Positions 20,435-30,716 of a stretch of 64,000 nucleotides of DNA are shown here, piece by piece. Under the pieces are notes generated by a model, which saw only the letters and a list, made by a program, of their open reading frames with translations, did no database searches and was not told the origin of the DNA. A program made the position numbers and the translations under genes. Every line of letters begins with the position of its first letter. Positions within the stretch are counted from its first letter, which is position 1. This stretch comes from Cyanophora paradoxa CCMP329 (Eukaryota; Plantae; Glaucophyta), in the NCBI GenBank assembly GCA_004431415.1, contig QPMI01000119.1:18645-82644 (forward strand), read 5' to 3'.

Positions 20435-20483
20435 TAATTTAATACTAAAATACATATTTATCGATTAATTTCTTTAACTTTTT

Positions 20484-20605
20484 ATGCAAATTTTGTATAA
20501 AATAATGCAAATTTTGTATAAAATAATGCAAATTTTGTATAAAATAATGCAAATTTTGTATAAAATAATGCAAACTTTGTATAAAATAATGCAAACTTTG
20601 TATTA
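20484..20605. repeat. 21-bp tandem repeat (ATGCAAATTTTGTATAAAATA, ~6 units) within the TIR
   Basis: Seen directly; mirrored at ~47261-47382. Confidence 0.93.
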
Positions 20606-21563
20606 AAAATGATAAACGCGTTTAATTTAATGCATATTCACGATTGATTCAATCGATATTATATCGATATAATATGTTCTTTGTCGATTACATATATAAC
20701 TTCGATTGATTAACATTAAACTACTTAAAGAACGATATAATCGCGATTAATTCGCATAAATTCGCATAAATTCGCATAAACTCGATATATCTCTTTGGTA
20801 TTGAAGTAGACCACCGCCCATTCTGTATCGAAAAACGCAAAAAGTGTCACAGAGTTGCATTATGTCCAATTAAACAATCGATGGGATTGCGGATGTACAT
20901 TTTTGCACCCAAAAAGTGTCACAGAGTTGCATTATCTCCAATTAAACAATCGATTAGATTGCGGGATTTTCTATTGGAATATATCGGTACTGCATTATGT
21001 CCAATTAAACAATCGATGAGATTGCTGATGTACATTTTTGCATTGAAAAAGTGTCACAGAGTTGCATGGTCTCCAATTAAACAATTGAGAAGATTGGGGA
21101 TGGGCATTTTCTCTTCGAAAAATTGTCACAGAGTTGCATGGTCTCCGATCGATCAATCGAAGTAGGCATCTTTGGTAGGCGGTTTAGGCGGTTAGGCACT
21201 TCTTAATCGAGAATTAAAAAGAAGTCCCAAATACATCAACTTGTGTTTTTCAAAACGTTGATTTTAGTTTTTATAGAGAATTTCCAGAAAAGGTGCCTAA
21301 GTGCCTAACGTCAATTAAAAGTGCCTAACTTCAATTAAAAAGTGCCTACTTCGATTTTTAAAGTGCCTACTACACCATTTTCAGTAAGCCCATCTGAAAT
21401 TCTGAATTTCTCAGTGTCAACTAACTCGGAAATCGCAATACTCTATGTTTCTCCGATTTCTCCAACCCTGAAAACACACCTGTTATTCTCTCATCTATCT
21501 CATGAGATACTCTTGTTTCGCCAAAAATTGACAAACGATTTCCCATCATGCTGTAAAGGAAAC

Positions 21564-21818
21564 ATGCCGATTAACCAGCAATATCACAATTTCCATGGGA
21601 CTTACATCTTGATTGTAAAGAAACTCCCAGAGCATTATGAGATCTTCCAAGAGATGGGATTGCGAATTACAAGGAGATCAACCCTTTGTAGATTCTTGAA
21701 AAAGAATGGTGCTAAATGGGATAAGACAATTCGCAAATGGTATACAGAAGATCCCAAGAGTCCCCTTCTGGATGTTTTCGAAACAGTGAATTTGGATCGG
21801 TTTAATCATTACCAATAG
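21564..21818 (+). CDS. Small DUF5710-like protein
   Basis: LKKNGAKWDKTIRKWY motif. Confidence 0.5.
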   Translation: MPINQQYHNFHGTYILIVKKLPEHYEIFQEMGLRITRRSTLCRFLKKNGAKWDKTIRKWYTEDPKSPLLDVFETVNLDRFNHYQ

Positions 21819-22734
21819 CCAGAAACTCCAACTGGAATGAGTTGTCTATCCCATTCATGTCTACAAGATCACCATAATAATCTCTAAACTCAACTGTTAA
21901 CTCTCTAATGACCAAATTGCGATCGGTTATTTTTATGTATTCACTGTGCTCTCCACTGTGATAAACATACTGTCCAATATCTTTACTTAATTGCAATCTG
22001 AGAATCGCCCCTTGATTCTGTGGTTGTGATCTTGGGACAATATTGTGGTTTGTAGCAAATGGGGAGAGTTCTTTAATGTGCATGTATAAATACTGTTCTG
22101 CATTCATATCTGTCATCTTGGATGCTTCTAACTTGTAGTTTAAGCGAGATGCCTCAAATTCATATCCTGTGAATGTTATTCCCCATTGGGGATGGTTTGG
22201 GGTGATTGGTACTCCTGCAAAATAGAGGAAATTTTCTGGGGCATATAAAGACCTTGCAGACTCTGGGAAATCGTAGATGTGCTCAATTGAAGCGACCCAA
22301 TCAACAGAACTCACCCCAAGAAGTTTACCCAATCGCTGTGTAGATGCTACCAATTCGAATTGAACATTACTGTAAAACTCTAACTTGTAGGAAGTAGGGT
22401 TGTAGTAGACCTTGAATGCATATGTGAGATTGTTGCTCCCAGTAAAGGTGAAATTCAGACCATAATTATATGGACTGGTGACCCCGAAATGCCCTTGATT
22501 AATATACCCACTTGGGAGAAGGAAGACCTGTTTGGTTTCAGAGATGCCTTGGTAGAAGAATCTGACAAGAAGGTGGTCTGTTCCAATGGAATTATAGATG
22601 CTGTTGGGGATCTCTGCATACAAAACTCGACATTCTCTTGGTTTGGTTACTGGGGTTGTGAGTGCAACTTTGTAGGAGTTTTCTATTTGTCCATCTGATC
22701 GGTCTCTGCTATCTATATTGACCAGCCGAATCAT
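21802..22734 (-). CDS. Minor capsid (penton) protein B
   Basis: NIDSRDR, AEIPNSIY, DMNGIDNSFQLEF; orthologue of 7245..8165. Confidence 0.78.
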   Translation of the reverse strand: MIRLVNIDSRDRSDGQIENSYKVALTTPVTKPRECRVLYAEIPNSIYNSIGTDHLLVRFFYQGISETKQVFLLPSGYINQGHFGVTSPYNYGLNFTFTGSNNLTYAFKVYYNPTSYKLEFYSNVQFELVASTQRLGKLLGVSSVDWVASIEHIYDFPESARSLYAPENFLYFAGVPITPNHPQWGITFTGYEFEASRLNYKLEASKMTDMNAEQYLYMHIKELSPFATNHNIVPRSQPQNQGAILRLQLSKDIGQYVYHSGEHSEYIKITDRNLVIRELTVEFRDYYGDLVDMNGIDNSFQLEFLAIGND

Positions 22735-22762
22735 TTTAATATATGTTTATAGATAAAAGAAG

Positions 22763-23773
22763 ATGCCTGTGGATTACATTGAAGTGAGCTCTTTCAATAC
22801 AATTTCGGGAGATGGACCTACTTCGAGTTTTATTGCTCGCCTCCCCAGCACATATGAATTTGTAAGAGCAGTAAGACTGGTCTCAGCAGAATTTTATAAC
22901 AGCATTCCCATGGTGAGTGGTGAAACCAAACCAGGAGATGTGACAATAGATAATGCAATCTACCTTTATTGGTCTGAATATCTTTCTGGTGCAGGAAGCA
23001 CTGGTATTCCAACTGATCGACCTGCTGCTGATTATGAATCATGGAAACACATTGTGATAAGTCGCAGCACACCCATTCAAAACCACCAACAACTGGTGAA
23101 TGTAATTAACTCCAAACTTGCATTGAGAGAGCCACCAGTAGCAATTCGCTGTAAATGGGATGATACACTGAAACGAGTAATATTTCATTCCACCATACCG
23201 TTTTACCTGGCTTTCTCAACTGCAATAAACCCAACCCAGGCACAGATTCAGAGGTTTTTGAGTTCTGCTCGACTGCTTGGTCTTGATCCTGGGAGATATG
23301 GTAACACACCAATCCAATCACAGGTGTACAATACTCTTACTGATGGTATCTTCACTGGGTCGATGGTGCATGGTATTATATCTTCATTTGAACCCGAGAA
23401 GACCAGGGATAGTGTCCTATTTGTGAGAGTAAAGGAGTTGGGTGATCTTGTGCAATGTGGTGATGGTCTCCTCACTGGATATTTCCACAAAATCGTGGTT
23501 CCTGATAAAGATTATGGTGAGCATGTCGTTTATAATTCGACAGAAGCCCATCCGATTTATAAATACTATAACAAGAATCTGGGGCTCTCCACATTTTCGG
23601 TTGACATTGTGAATGCAATTAATGAACCAATTGATTTCGAGGGTCAACCTGTCCACCTCACCTTCGAAATTCGATATGGTGATGAACCTGCTGGTGATCC
23701 TGTGTACGAATACTTCAAGAGGAGAATGGCCGAAACACATCCATCTTATCCGGTTATTGCGAATTTTGCGTAA
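22763..23773 (+). CDS. Minor capsid (penton) protein A
   Basis: RAVRLVSAEF, YNSTEAHPIYKY, EIRYGDEP shared with 6252..7217. Confidence 0.78.
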   Translation: MPVDYIEVSSFNTISGDGPTSSFIARLPSTYEFVRAVRLVSAEFYNSIPMVSGETKPGDVTIDNAIYLYWSEYLSGAGSTGIPTDRPAADYESWKHIVISRSTPIQNHQQLVNVINSKLALREPPVAIRCKWDDTLKRVIFHSTIPFYLAFSTAINPTQAQIQRFLSSARLLGLDPGRYGNTPIQSQVYNTLTDGIFTGSMVHGIISSFEPEKTRDSVLFVRVKELGDLVQCGDGLLTGYFHKIVVPDKDYGEHVVYNSTEAHPIYKYYNKNLGLSTFSVDIVNAINEPIDFEGQPVHLTFEIRYGDEPAGDPVYEYFKRRMAETHPSYPVIANFA

Positions 23774-23827
23774 AATCAAGGATCATTGGTGAATTTTTTA
23801 TGTTGCAGTATAATAAAAGAGATAATC

Positions 23828-25201
23828 ATGGATATTACTTCGACCCTCCAACGTCTTTCTCTGAAAGAAGCTCTAACAACCCCAGAAGAAGCCAAGGCGT
23901 TCTTCTTGGACAACTCTCTCATGCTTGGTCTTGAATCCAAGTCGAAGCCAGTTCTTGTTGTTGTGAACCCAAGCAACACTTTTGAGAATAATGCTGGAAA
24001 TCGCATTTCTTTCAAGCTCCCTCGCTACAATTTCTGTGGAAAACTCGAACTTGCGTTTGACCTTCCAGCTGTCACTTTTGCTGGTGATACCGACCTTGTT
24101 CGCAATGGATACGTTCGCCCAGTTGGTGCTCTTGTCTCTCGACTTGAAATCACCTATGGATCTTACACTTTCCATGTGCCTTCTGATTTCCTTGCTCATT
24201 TCCCTCTTATCTATTACAGTGAGGATCAACTCGCCAAGAAGAAGCGTTCAATGGGAATGGTTCATGGTATCCCTGCCCATGGAACCAACCGACTTGGTGG
24301 GTCATTTTTCACTGAAATCCCAGTCCCATGGCTAAACCACTACCTACCTCTTGGTGCTCTCTCAGGAGAAATGGTGGTAACTGTCTGGTTCAAGGATGCT
24401 GGAAAGGGTTATGTTGAGACTTCTTATGGTGGTCGTGCTCTTCCTGTTGTTGGTGGAACAGCTGCTGATAAGACAGAGGATGATGGACTTGGTGCTACTG
24501 CTAATGCTACTCTTGCCCATGTTGGTCAACAGATCACCACTTTTGGAATTGGTGCAACAACAACCCCCGAAATTAAAGTCACTTCTCCTCGTCTTTACAT
24601 GCATGCTATTAATGTTTCTGATGAACTGTTTGCTACTGTCATTGAGAAGGTGAAGACCACTGGTATGGCTATTCCTGCTCTGGATATTGGTTTTGTTGAC
24701 AGTGTCAATTTTGCTGCAAAAGGCAATGCTCAACCAAATCGTATTAACCTGTCACAGATCTCTGGTCTTGTCTATGGTCTTCTTGTTTCAGTTCGTGATG
24801 CCGCAGGTATTGATGGTTTCAATGGTTCCCACAGTGTCCTAAAAACGCATGCTAACTCAAAAGACATCACTTTCACTGTTGAAATTAATGGTCAACGTCT
24901 CTATGCTACTGAGCCCATCCCTCTCCTCAAAGGTGCCGAATTAATTGCGGATGCCTTCAAGTGCTCAAATATGGACAAGGTTGCAGACAAATATGTCCTT
25001 AGTGGTCTACCATTCTGTGTTGATGGAGAGAAAGCGATTCGCAACATTGCCCAGTCTGGCTATGTTGATCTCACGAACTCCTCCTCTTCTTTCCTCACTC
25101 TATACATGCCTTCTGACCAGACAATCACAGTTAATGTTCGTGCTCTCATGCACAGTTTCATTATTGTTGACAAAGATGGTCTCCGACGCATTAATCTGTA
25201 A
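23828..25201 (+). CDS. Major capsid protein
   Basis: Collinear homologue of 4791..6179 (RINLSQISGL, LIADxFKCSN, GLRxxNL). Confidence 0.82.
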   Translation: MDITSTLQRLSLKEALTTPEEAKAFFLDNSLMLGLESKSKPVLVVVNPSNTFENNAGNRISFKLPRYNFCGKLELAFDLPAVTFAGDTDLVRNGYVRPVGALVSRLEITYGSYTFHVPSDFLAHFPLIYYSEDQLAKKKRSMGMVHGIPAHGTNRLGGSFFTEIPVPWLNHYLPLGALSGEMVVTVWFKDAGKGYVETSYGGRALPVVGGTAADKTEDDGLGATANATLAHVGQQITTFGIGATTTPEIKVTSPRLYMHAINVSDELFATVIEKVKTTGMAIPALDIGFVDSVNFAAKGNAQPNRINLSQISGLVYGLLVSVRDAAGIDGFNGSHSVLKTHANSKDITFTVEINGQRLYATEPIPLLKGAELIADAFKCSNMDKVADKYVLSGLPFCVDGEKAIRNIAQSGYVDLTNSSSSFLTLYMPSDQTITVNVRALMHSFIIVDKDGLRRINL

Positions 25202-25263
25202 AACCATGATCAGTAACATTTCGTTATTTTTATCTATCTTTATTAAGAAAGATCCACAAAGCC

Positions 25264-26046
25264 ATGAACGATTTGGAAGAATTTAATGCAGGCGAAATGA
25301 TAACCCCACCATTTCGTGCTCTTTTCATAGGAAAGTCTGCAACAGGCAAGTCAGAATGTGTGAAATATTGGTTGAAACAGCTGCATGATGCGAAAAAGAT
25401 CGATACTGTTCTTGTTGTGAGTGGGACGTCCTTCAATCATTTCTGGGATGCAGTTGCAACATTGCAACTCGGGAAATGGGATGCTGCTTACATTTCCAAA
25501 TTACTGGATGAAAGGCAGGAGAAAATCGAAAAAGGGGAACCTGTGAATCAAATGTGTATTGTCCTTGATGATTTAATAGATAATGAGTTAGTCGATTTAA
25601 CTCGCGATAAAATTGTTGGCTCTGTTTTCAATAGGGGGCGCCATGCGATGGTGTCCTGTGTCTGCATAACTCAGAAATTGCGTAAGGTTTCTTCAACAAT
25701 TCGAGTAAATTCGGATTATGCTGTGTTCCTGAGTGCTGCAAATCGAAAAGAACTCGAAGCCATTGAAGAGGAATACAATATCATGCGAAACAAAGACGAT
25801 TTCTATAAGATGTTTGAGGAGTATGTGCACTCTTACCAATATCTTGTGTGGTCTTCTGCGAATTATTCGGTGAACTATTATGTTGATAAAGCGGATCTGG
25901 TCAAAGATTTCCCATTTCCTCGGTTCCACAGGAAGCCCAAAAAGAAAGAAGATGAACTACCATCACCACAGAAAGAGGAAGCCCCCAAAGAGGTCAAGAG
26001 TGGTGTTCATTCGAATAAACTGATGCGATATAAGAGAGGTTTGTAA
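25264..26046 (+). CDS. A32/FtsK-like packaging ATPase
   Basis: GKSATGKS, IVLDD, GRH, TQ, IRVNSDY. Confidence 0.93.
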   Translation: MNDLEEFNAGEMITPPFRALFIGKSATGKSECVKYWLKQLHDAKKIDTVLVVSGTSFNHFWDAVATLQLGKWDAAYISKLLDERQEKIEKGEPVNQMCIVLDDLIDNELVDLTRDKIVGSVFNRGRHAMVSCVCITQKLRKVSSTIRVNSDYAVFLSAANRKELEAIEEEYNIMRNKDDFYKMFEEYVHSYQYLVWSSANYSVNYYVDKADLVKDFPFPRFHRKPKKKEDELPSPQKEEAPKEVKSGVHSNKLMRYKRGL

Positions 26047-26074
26047 AATAATCTCTGCTTCTAATAAATATACA

Positions 26075-26809
26075 ATGCCTTCCAAACGCAAAGTTGGTGT
26101 TCCTGCTGGTGCTATGTCATATTCTGCATCCTCTGGAACCGGTTCTATTAACACAGAGCCCATGAAATTCAATGGTGTCAATGAAGTTAAAGCATCACAG
26201 CAACAGGAGGATCCCCTCAATGCTGCTTACGAAGAATCACCAGATGCTAAAGCGCCCCAGACATCCACCAGTGATCAATTGAATATTTCACCCGAAACCT
26301 CTAAGATGAAGGCAGTTGGTGAAGGTGCTCGTCGAATTATTGGTGCTGCTGATGACAAAGGATTGGGTCTGCAAGATCTCTCACTTGCCCGAAAAGGTGA
26401 AGGTGTCTCCAAGGAATCTGACAAGGTAATTCAATCCATGGCTGGCGAGGTCACCTACAAGGTCGCACCTACACAGAATATTCATCGAATTCCCAAAGCC
26501 CAATGGGACGAAATGACTGCGAAACTTAAAGATCTGGAAGCGAAATCCAGTGCACTTGAACAGTATGTCTCTGAGAAGAAAGAGAGAGCAAAATTGAAGG
26601 AGATGCTGCGAAAGGAGGTGTACAGAATGGGAATTACTGGTCTCCCAGATAAGCAGTTCATTGGTAAGAAAGAAACTCAAATCGATGAGCAGGCAGTTGA
26701 TGAGATGAAGACCAAAACCCAGAAGGGCACCATTGAACCTGGTGCTACCAAGGCAGAGGTTGATAAAGGTGTTGCCCCAACAGTATATAAACGACGAGTT
26801 TGGCTATAA
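26075..26809 (+). CDS. Conserved coiled-coil protein downstream of the ATPase
   Basis: Homologue of 3395..4027. Confidence 0.75.
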   Translation: MPSKRKVGVPAGAMSYSASSGTGSINTEPMKFNGVNEVKASQQQEDPLNAAYEESPDAKAPQTSTSDQLNISPETSKMKAVGEGARRIIGAADDKGLGLQDLSLARKGEGVSKESDKVIQSMAGEVTYKVAPTQNIHRIPKAQWDEMTAKLKDLEAKSSALEQYVSEKKERAKLKEMLRKEVYRMGITGLPDKQFIGKKETQIDEQAVDEMKTKTQKGTIEPGATKAEVDKGVAPTVYKRRVWL

Positions 26810-26836
26810 TTATCTCGCTTTAAGAGAGAGAATATC

Positions 26837-27070
26837 ATGGATTTTCTGCGCAAAATCATTGAAATGTTTAATCTCCACATTGTGAGCAATTGTCACAGTG
26901 GTTGCTGTGACACCAAAGTCGAAATCGAGTTCTCAGACACTGAAAGCCATGGATCTGGTGGAAGGAGATTATCCACAGACTCGGTGGATTTCGAAGAGCA
27001 TATTAAGACAGAGACAGTGAGGCGAAGGTCTGTATCTTTCACAGATCCGAAATTAAATCTCGGTAATTAA
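26837..27070 (+). CDS. Small amphipathic CC-motif protein
   Basis: Homologue of 17137..17463. Confidence 0.7.
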   Translation: MDFLRKIIEMFNLHIVSNCHSGCCDTKVEIEFSDTESHGSGGRRLSTDSVDFEEHIKTETVRRRSVSFTDPKLNLGN

Positions 27071-27271
27071 TATCGAATGCTCAGTCTCCCTGAGATCTAT
27101 GCTATCCTGGACAGGAAATCCGCTGAATATGCAACAGAAGCCGCAATAAAAAAGCGTAGACAGGAACTGGTCTCGATCTGCAAAAAATGACAAGGGATTT
27201 AAGGGTAAGGTGTGTTTGATTGGTGAACCCGGACAAATTATTTTCTCGTCCAAATATAAGGAACATATCAA

Positions 27272-27499
27272 ATGGAAACTGAATCTGTGGTCGAATTCGA
27301 ACTTGCAATGAGCGAAATGGATCCCAATGAGAGGAAAAGGTTGTATGACCGCTTGTACTTCCAGAAACGTTATCAAGATGAGGAGTTCCGTGAATTATAT
27401 CGTAAAAAGGCACTGGAACGATATTATCGCAGGAAAGCTGCTGAGATGGATCCCAATAATCCAGTAAAACGCCCAGTTGGTCGTCCCAGGAAATACTGA
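27272..27499 (+). CDS. Small AT-hook DNA-binding protein
   Basis: C-terminal KRPVGRPRKY. Confidence 0.7.
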   Translation: METESVVEFELAMSEMDPNERKRLYDRLYFQKRYQDEEFRELYRKKALERYYRRKAAEMDPNNPVKRPVGRPRKY

Positions 27500-27686
27500 A
27501 CCGCCCCCAAAGTCCCAAATATCCGCTGAATCCTTTTTGTTACCATGATCGATCGACTTTTCGATGGATCATTACCATATATCGAGCGCCAATCGGAAAA
27601 CCCAAAGGTATTTAAAGGTTAGCCGCCAAAAAATGACAAGGATCCGGAGAAATTAATTTCTCCATTAAGTATAAGAAGACCCCAAG

Positions 27687-30080
27687 ATGTTCAACTCTCA
27701 GCAACCGAACGGACTTAAAATCGCTCTCTTTGAGAAGGTGGATCGCTCCACTCTCAAATACCTGATTGATAATTTCGAGACTTTGGAGTATCGACCTGAT
27801 ATTGATGCAACTGCTACTCTCACCCTTCTCCAACGTTATTTCAAGGATTTGAAGCGAGATGGGCGCATTGAAGTTAAATATCATCAATGCAAGCATAATA
27901 CTGGTCGTTATTTCGTGAATCTTGAACACATCAAGAAGAAGCAAGCATCAATGCAAGGAATGCCCAGAGAATTCCGCCACACTCTTGCTCGCGATTTCTA
28001 CTACGATATCGATATGAAAAATGCGCATCCCACACTTCTCATTCAGTATTGTGAAAAAAATGAAATCGTTTGTGAGGGTCTCACTGATTATGTCGACAAT
28101 CGTGATAGTATCATTGCTGATATAAGCAAGAAATCGGGACTTTCTCGCGAAGATATCAAGAAAGCGTTTCTTTCTGTTGTAAACGGGGGTGGGGGCTCAA
28201 TTGATAACAAGGAGCTGCTGAACCACCCCAAGTTCAAAGCAGTTAAGAACGAAATCACAGGAATTCACGCTCAAATTGCAAGCATGCCCGAAAACCACAA
28301 CTTCTTCTTGATTTGCAAGCGAAAGAAGGAGTATAACATCTTTGGTTCAACCATTAATATGGTTCTTTGCAAATTGGAGAATGAATGTCTGATTGCGCTT
28401 TGTCAGTATTTAACCTCACTTGCTGTGAAAGTCGGTGTTCTCGTTTATGACGGTTGTATGGTTGAAAAAGCCCTTGAATTACCCGAAACTCGTCTCCACA
28501 ATATTCTCTGTGATGCTACCAAGTATATTGAGAATATCACTGGCTACAAGATTGAGTTGATGATTAAACCAATGGATCAAGGATTTACGATTCCAACAAA
28601 TTCAAAAAGTGTATCCTCTCCTCTTAATATTGTTCGGGATGATCGTGAAGCTGCTCTCACATTTGTTAAATCGATTGAGGGGCGAGTGGTCATGTCTGAT
28701 GGTCGTATATTCGCTCAGACAGACGATTTTCTGTGGACTGATGATTCCACAATGGTCTACAATATAATGTTGAAATTGTGCATGCAGTGCTTCATGTTCA
28801 AGGAGGATGACAAACGTAACTTGAAGCCATATTCTACCAATCTTACTGGGGCAGATCGAATTATCAAGACAGCCAAAGCATTTCTGCCCAATAATCGTGT
28901 GTTCTACAATGATATTATGTGGTCATCGACCATTGGGAAATTGTGCTACCGAAATGGTGTGTATGATTTCGAGACAAAGAAGCTCACACCATGGGACAAA
29001 TGTGACAAGATCTATTCTACCACTCGAACTGAGAGGGATCTTCTTGTTGACAAAGATGGATATGTGATCAAGCCATCTGATTCGGATATTCAAACCCTTT
29101 TCGACAAGATTCTGGAACCCGTTTTCGGAACTGATTCGATTTCTTCTGCTCTGGAATTCACAGCTCGTGCAATGGCTGGGAAATACGAAGATAAACAGTG
29201 GGGATTATCAATTGGTGAACGCAATTGTGGTAAGGGGGTTTATGTGAATCTCAATGAAAATACCTGGGGAAGTGGATATGTGCACACCATCAGTGGGGAG
29301 GCATTCTTGCTGAATAAGAACTCAGATGACAACGATACCTCCAAGTTAAAGTGGATGAAACCTTGTGAATTTCGTCGTCTGACATTCACCCAAGAGATGA
29401 AATTCGATGTCTCAAACACAAATATTAAGGTGAATGGTGCAATGATCAAAAAGAAGGAATCTGGTGGTGATGTTCAATGCATGCGTGTTCTTTATGAAAA
29501 TGAGGTCAATATTCGCCTCCAAAGTCGTTTGTGGATGATCATGAATGATGTTCCACCCATTTCCCCATCTGATACCCTTCAAACCATGGTATTGTTCAAG
29601 CACCCCCACAAATTCGTTGATCAAAAGACTGTTGAGGAAATGAACTCTCCTTGTGTGAGATTGGCTTCGGAAGATATCAAGAGTGTTCTGCTAAAAAGTC
29701 CTGAGATAATTAGAGCATTCGAATGGATGGTGTTTGAAGCCTACAAATCTCAGAAATTCGTGGTGTCTGGGAAGGTTGCTGAGGATATTAATGAATTCCG
29801 GGAAGATGCAGGTGATGAAATGTCTCTGATCAGATCAGTGTTCGAATTCACTCGAAATTCATCCGATTCTGTAACTTCCAAGATGGTTGAGCAAGAGATC
29901 AAGCAACTGAGACTGAATATGTCTGCAAATCGCATTAAAACTGTGATGGGTTTGCTTGGAGCGAAATATGACAAGAATGCAGTTCGCAAGAAGGTTGGTA
30001 CTGGTTATGATCGTGGCTACAAGGGTGTGAAGAAGATTGATAAGACACCTACTGTTGTTGAGTTTGATGATGATGAGTAA
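27687..30080 (+). CDS. TVpol (PolA-related primase-polymerase) fused to D5-like SF3 helicase
   Basis: YYDIDMKNAHP, KKAFLSVVNGG and VYDG polymerase motifs; NGVYDF (D5-N), GERNCGKG Walker A. Confidence 0.85.
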   Translation: MFNSQQPNGLKIALFEKVDRSTLKYLIDNFETLEYRPDIDATATLTLLQRYFKDLKRDGRIEVKYHQCKHNTGRYFVNLEHIKKKQASMQGMPREFRHTLARDFYYDIDMKNAHPTLLIQYCEKNEIVCEGLTDYVDNRDSIIADISKKSGLSREDIKKAFLSVVNGGGGSIDNKELLNHPKFKAVKNEITGIHAQIASMPENHNFFLICKRKKEYNIFGSTINMVLCKLENECLIALCQYLTSLAVKVGVLVYDGCMVEKALELPETRLHNILCDATKYIENITGYKIELMIKPMDQGFTIPTNSKSVSSPLNIVRDDREAALTFVKSIEGRVVMSDGRIFAQTDDFLWTDDSTMVYNIMLKLCMQCFMFKEDDKRNLKPYSTNLTGADRIIKTAKAFLPNNRVFYNDIMWSSTIGKLCYRNGVYDFETKKLTPWDKCDKIYSTTRTERDLLVDKDGYVIKPSDSDIQTLFDKILEPVFGTDSISSALEFTARAMAGKYEDKQWGLSIGERNCGKGVYVNLNENTWGSGYVHTISGEAFLLNKNSDDNDTSKLKWMKPCEFRRLTFTQEMKFDVSNTNIKVNGAMIKKKESGGDVQCMRVLYENEVNIRLQSRLWMIMNDVPPISPSDTLQTMVLFKHPHKFVDQKTVEEMNSPCVRLASEDIKSVLLKSPEIIRAFEWMVFEAYKSQKFVVSGKVAEDINEFREDAGDEMSLIRSVFEFTRNSSDSVTSKMVEQEIKQLRLNMSANRIKTVMGLLGAKYDKNAVRKKVGTGYDRGYKGVKKIDKTPTVVEFDDDE

Positions 30081-30126
30081 AATACTTCTGTTATGATTCT
30101 GATTTCTATATACATTCTTTTTATAC

Positions 30127-30340
30127 CTTACTGGAAATGGACAGTAGGCACTTGAATAATCGAAGTAGGCACTTTTCAATTGAGGTTAGGCACTTTTAAT
30201 TGACGTTAGGCACTTAGGCACCTTTCCTGGAAACTCTCTATAAAAAATAAAATCAACGTTTTGAAAAACGCGACTTAACCTTTTTAAGACTTCTTTCTTA
30301 CTCTCGATTCAAGAGTGCCTAACTGCCTACAAGTGCCTAC
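30127..30340. repeat. Internal diverged copy of the TIR TAGGCAC array (putative origin)
   Basis: Aligns with 46477-46705; five TAGGCAC, AT-rich spacer, then inverted TGCCTA copies. Confidence 0.85.
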
Positions 30341-30362
30341 AAAAAATGATGCGATTTCAGAG

Positions 30363-30695
30363 ATGGGATCCAAGAGCACCACAATGACCACATTCTCAAA
30401 AGAAGATTTCGCCCGACTCAATCATGAATGCTATGGATCTGATCCAGTTCTGACAGATGCAGAGCAAAGAAAAAAAGTGCTTCGGTTGATCTTGGAGAAA
30501 GGAGGATGTAAATATGATCAGATGCCCAGGCATTTCAGAAAGAAATTAGATAGATACTGCGAAAATGGTAGAGGTCACCAGTGTGCAAATGATTTCGAGG
30601 AAATGAGAGCGGGGCAGGGTCGTCATGATGTGAACCATGCAAGAAAGCGACTTCAAGATAAACTTTCAAAACGCGTTCAAAACGCCCGAAAATAA
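30363..30695 (+). CDS. Hypothetical protein
   Basis: ORF between the repeat array and the polymerase; start uncertain. Confidence 0.5.
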   Translation: MGSKSTTMTTFSKEDFARLNHECYGSDPVLTDAEQRKKVLRLILEKGGCKYDQMPRHFRKKLDRYCENGRGHQCANDFEEMRAGQGRHDVNHARKRLQDKLSKRVQNARK

Positions 30696-30716
30696 TATGT
30701 TCCCTTAAAGTAAAAG

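Larger units (their letters stand above)
20339..21513 (+). repeat. Left terminal inverted repeat
   Basis: Reverse complement of 46353-47527; contains terminal hairpin, 21-bp, 10-bp and ~60-bp tandem repeats, and TAGGCAC array. Confidence 0.96.

Noticed and set aside
20881-21165. 94-aa ORF duplicated at 46701..46985, and ORF 46318..46524
   Set aside because: Translations of TIR repeats; the duplication is explained by the TIR
20339-21513. TIRs as an assembly artefact (fold-back read)
   Set aside because: The exact 6-bp TSD and in-frame restoration of the host exon argue for a real insertion
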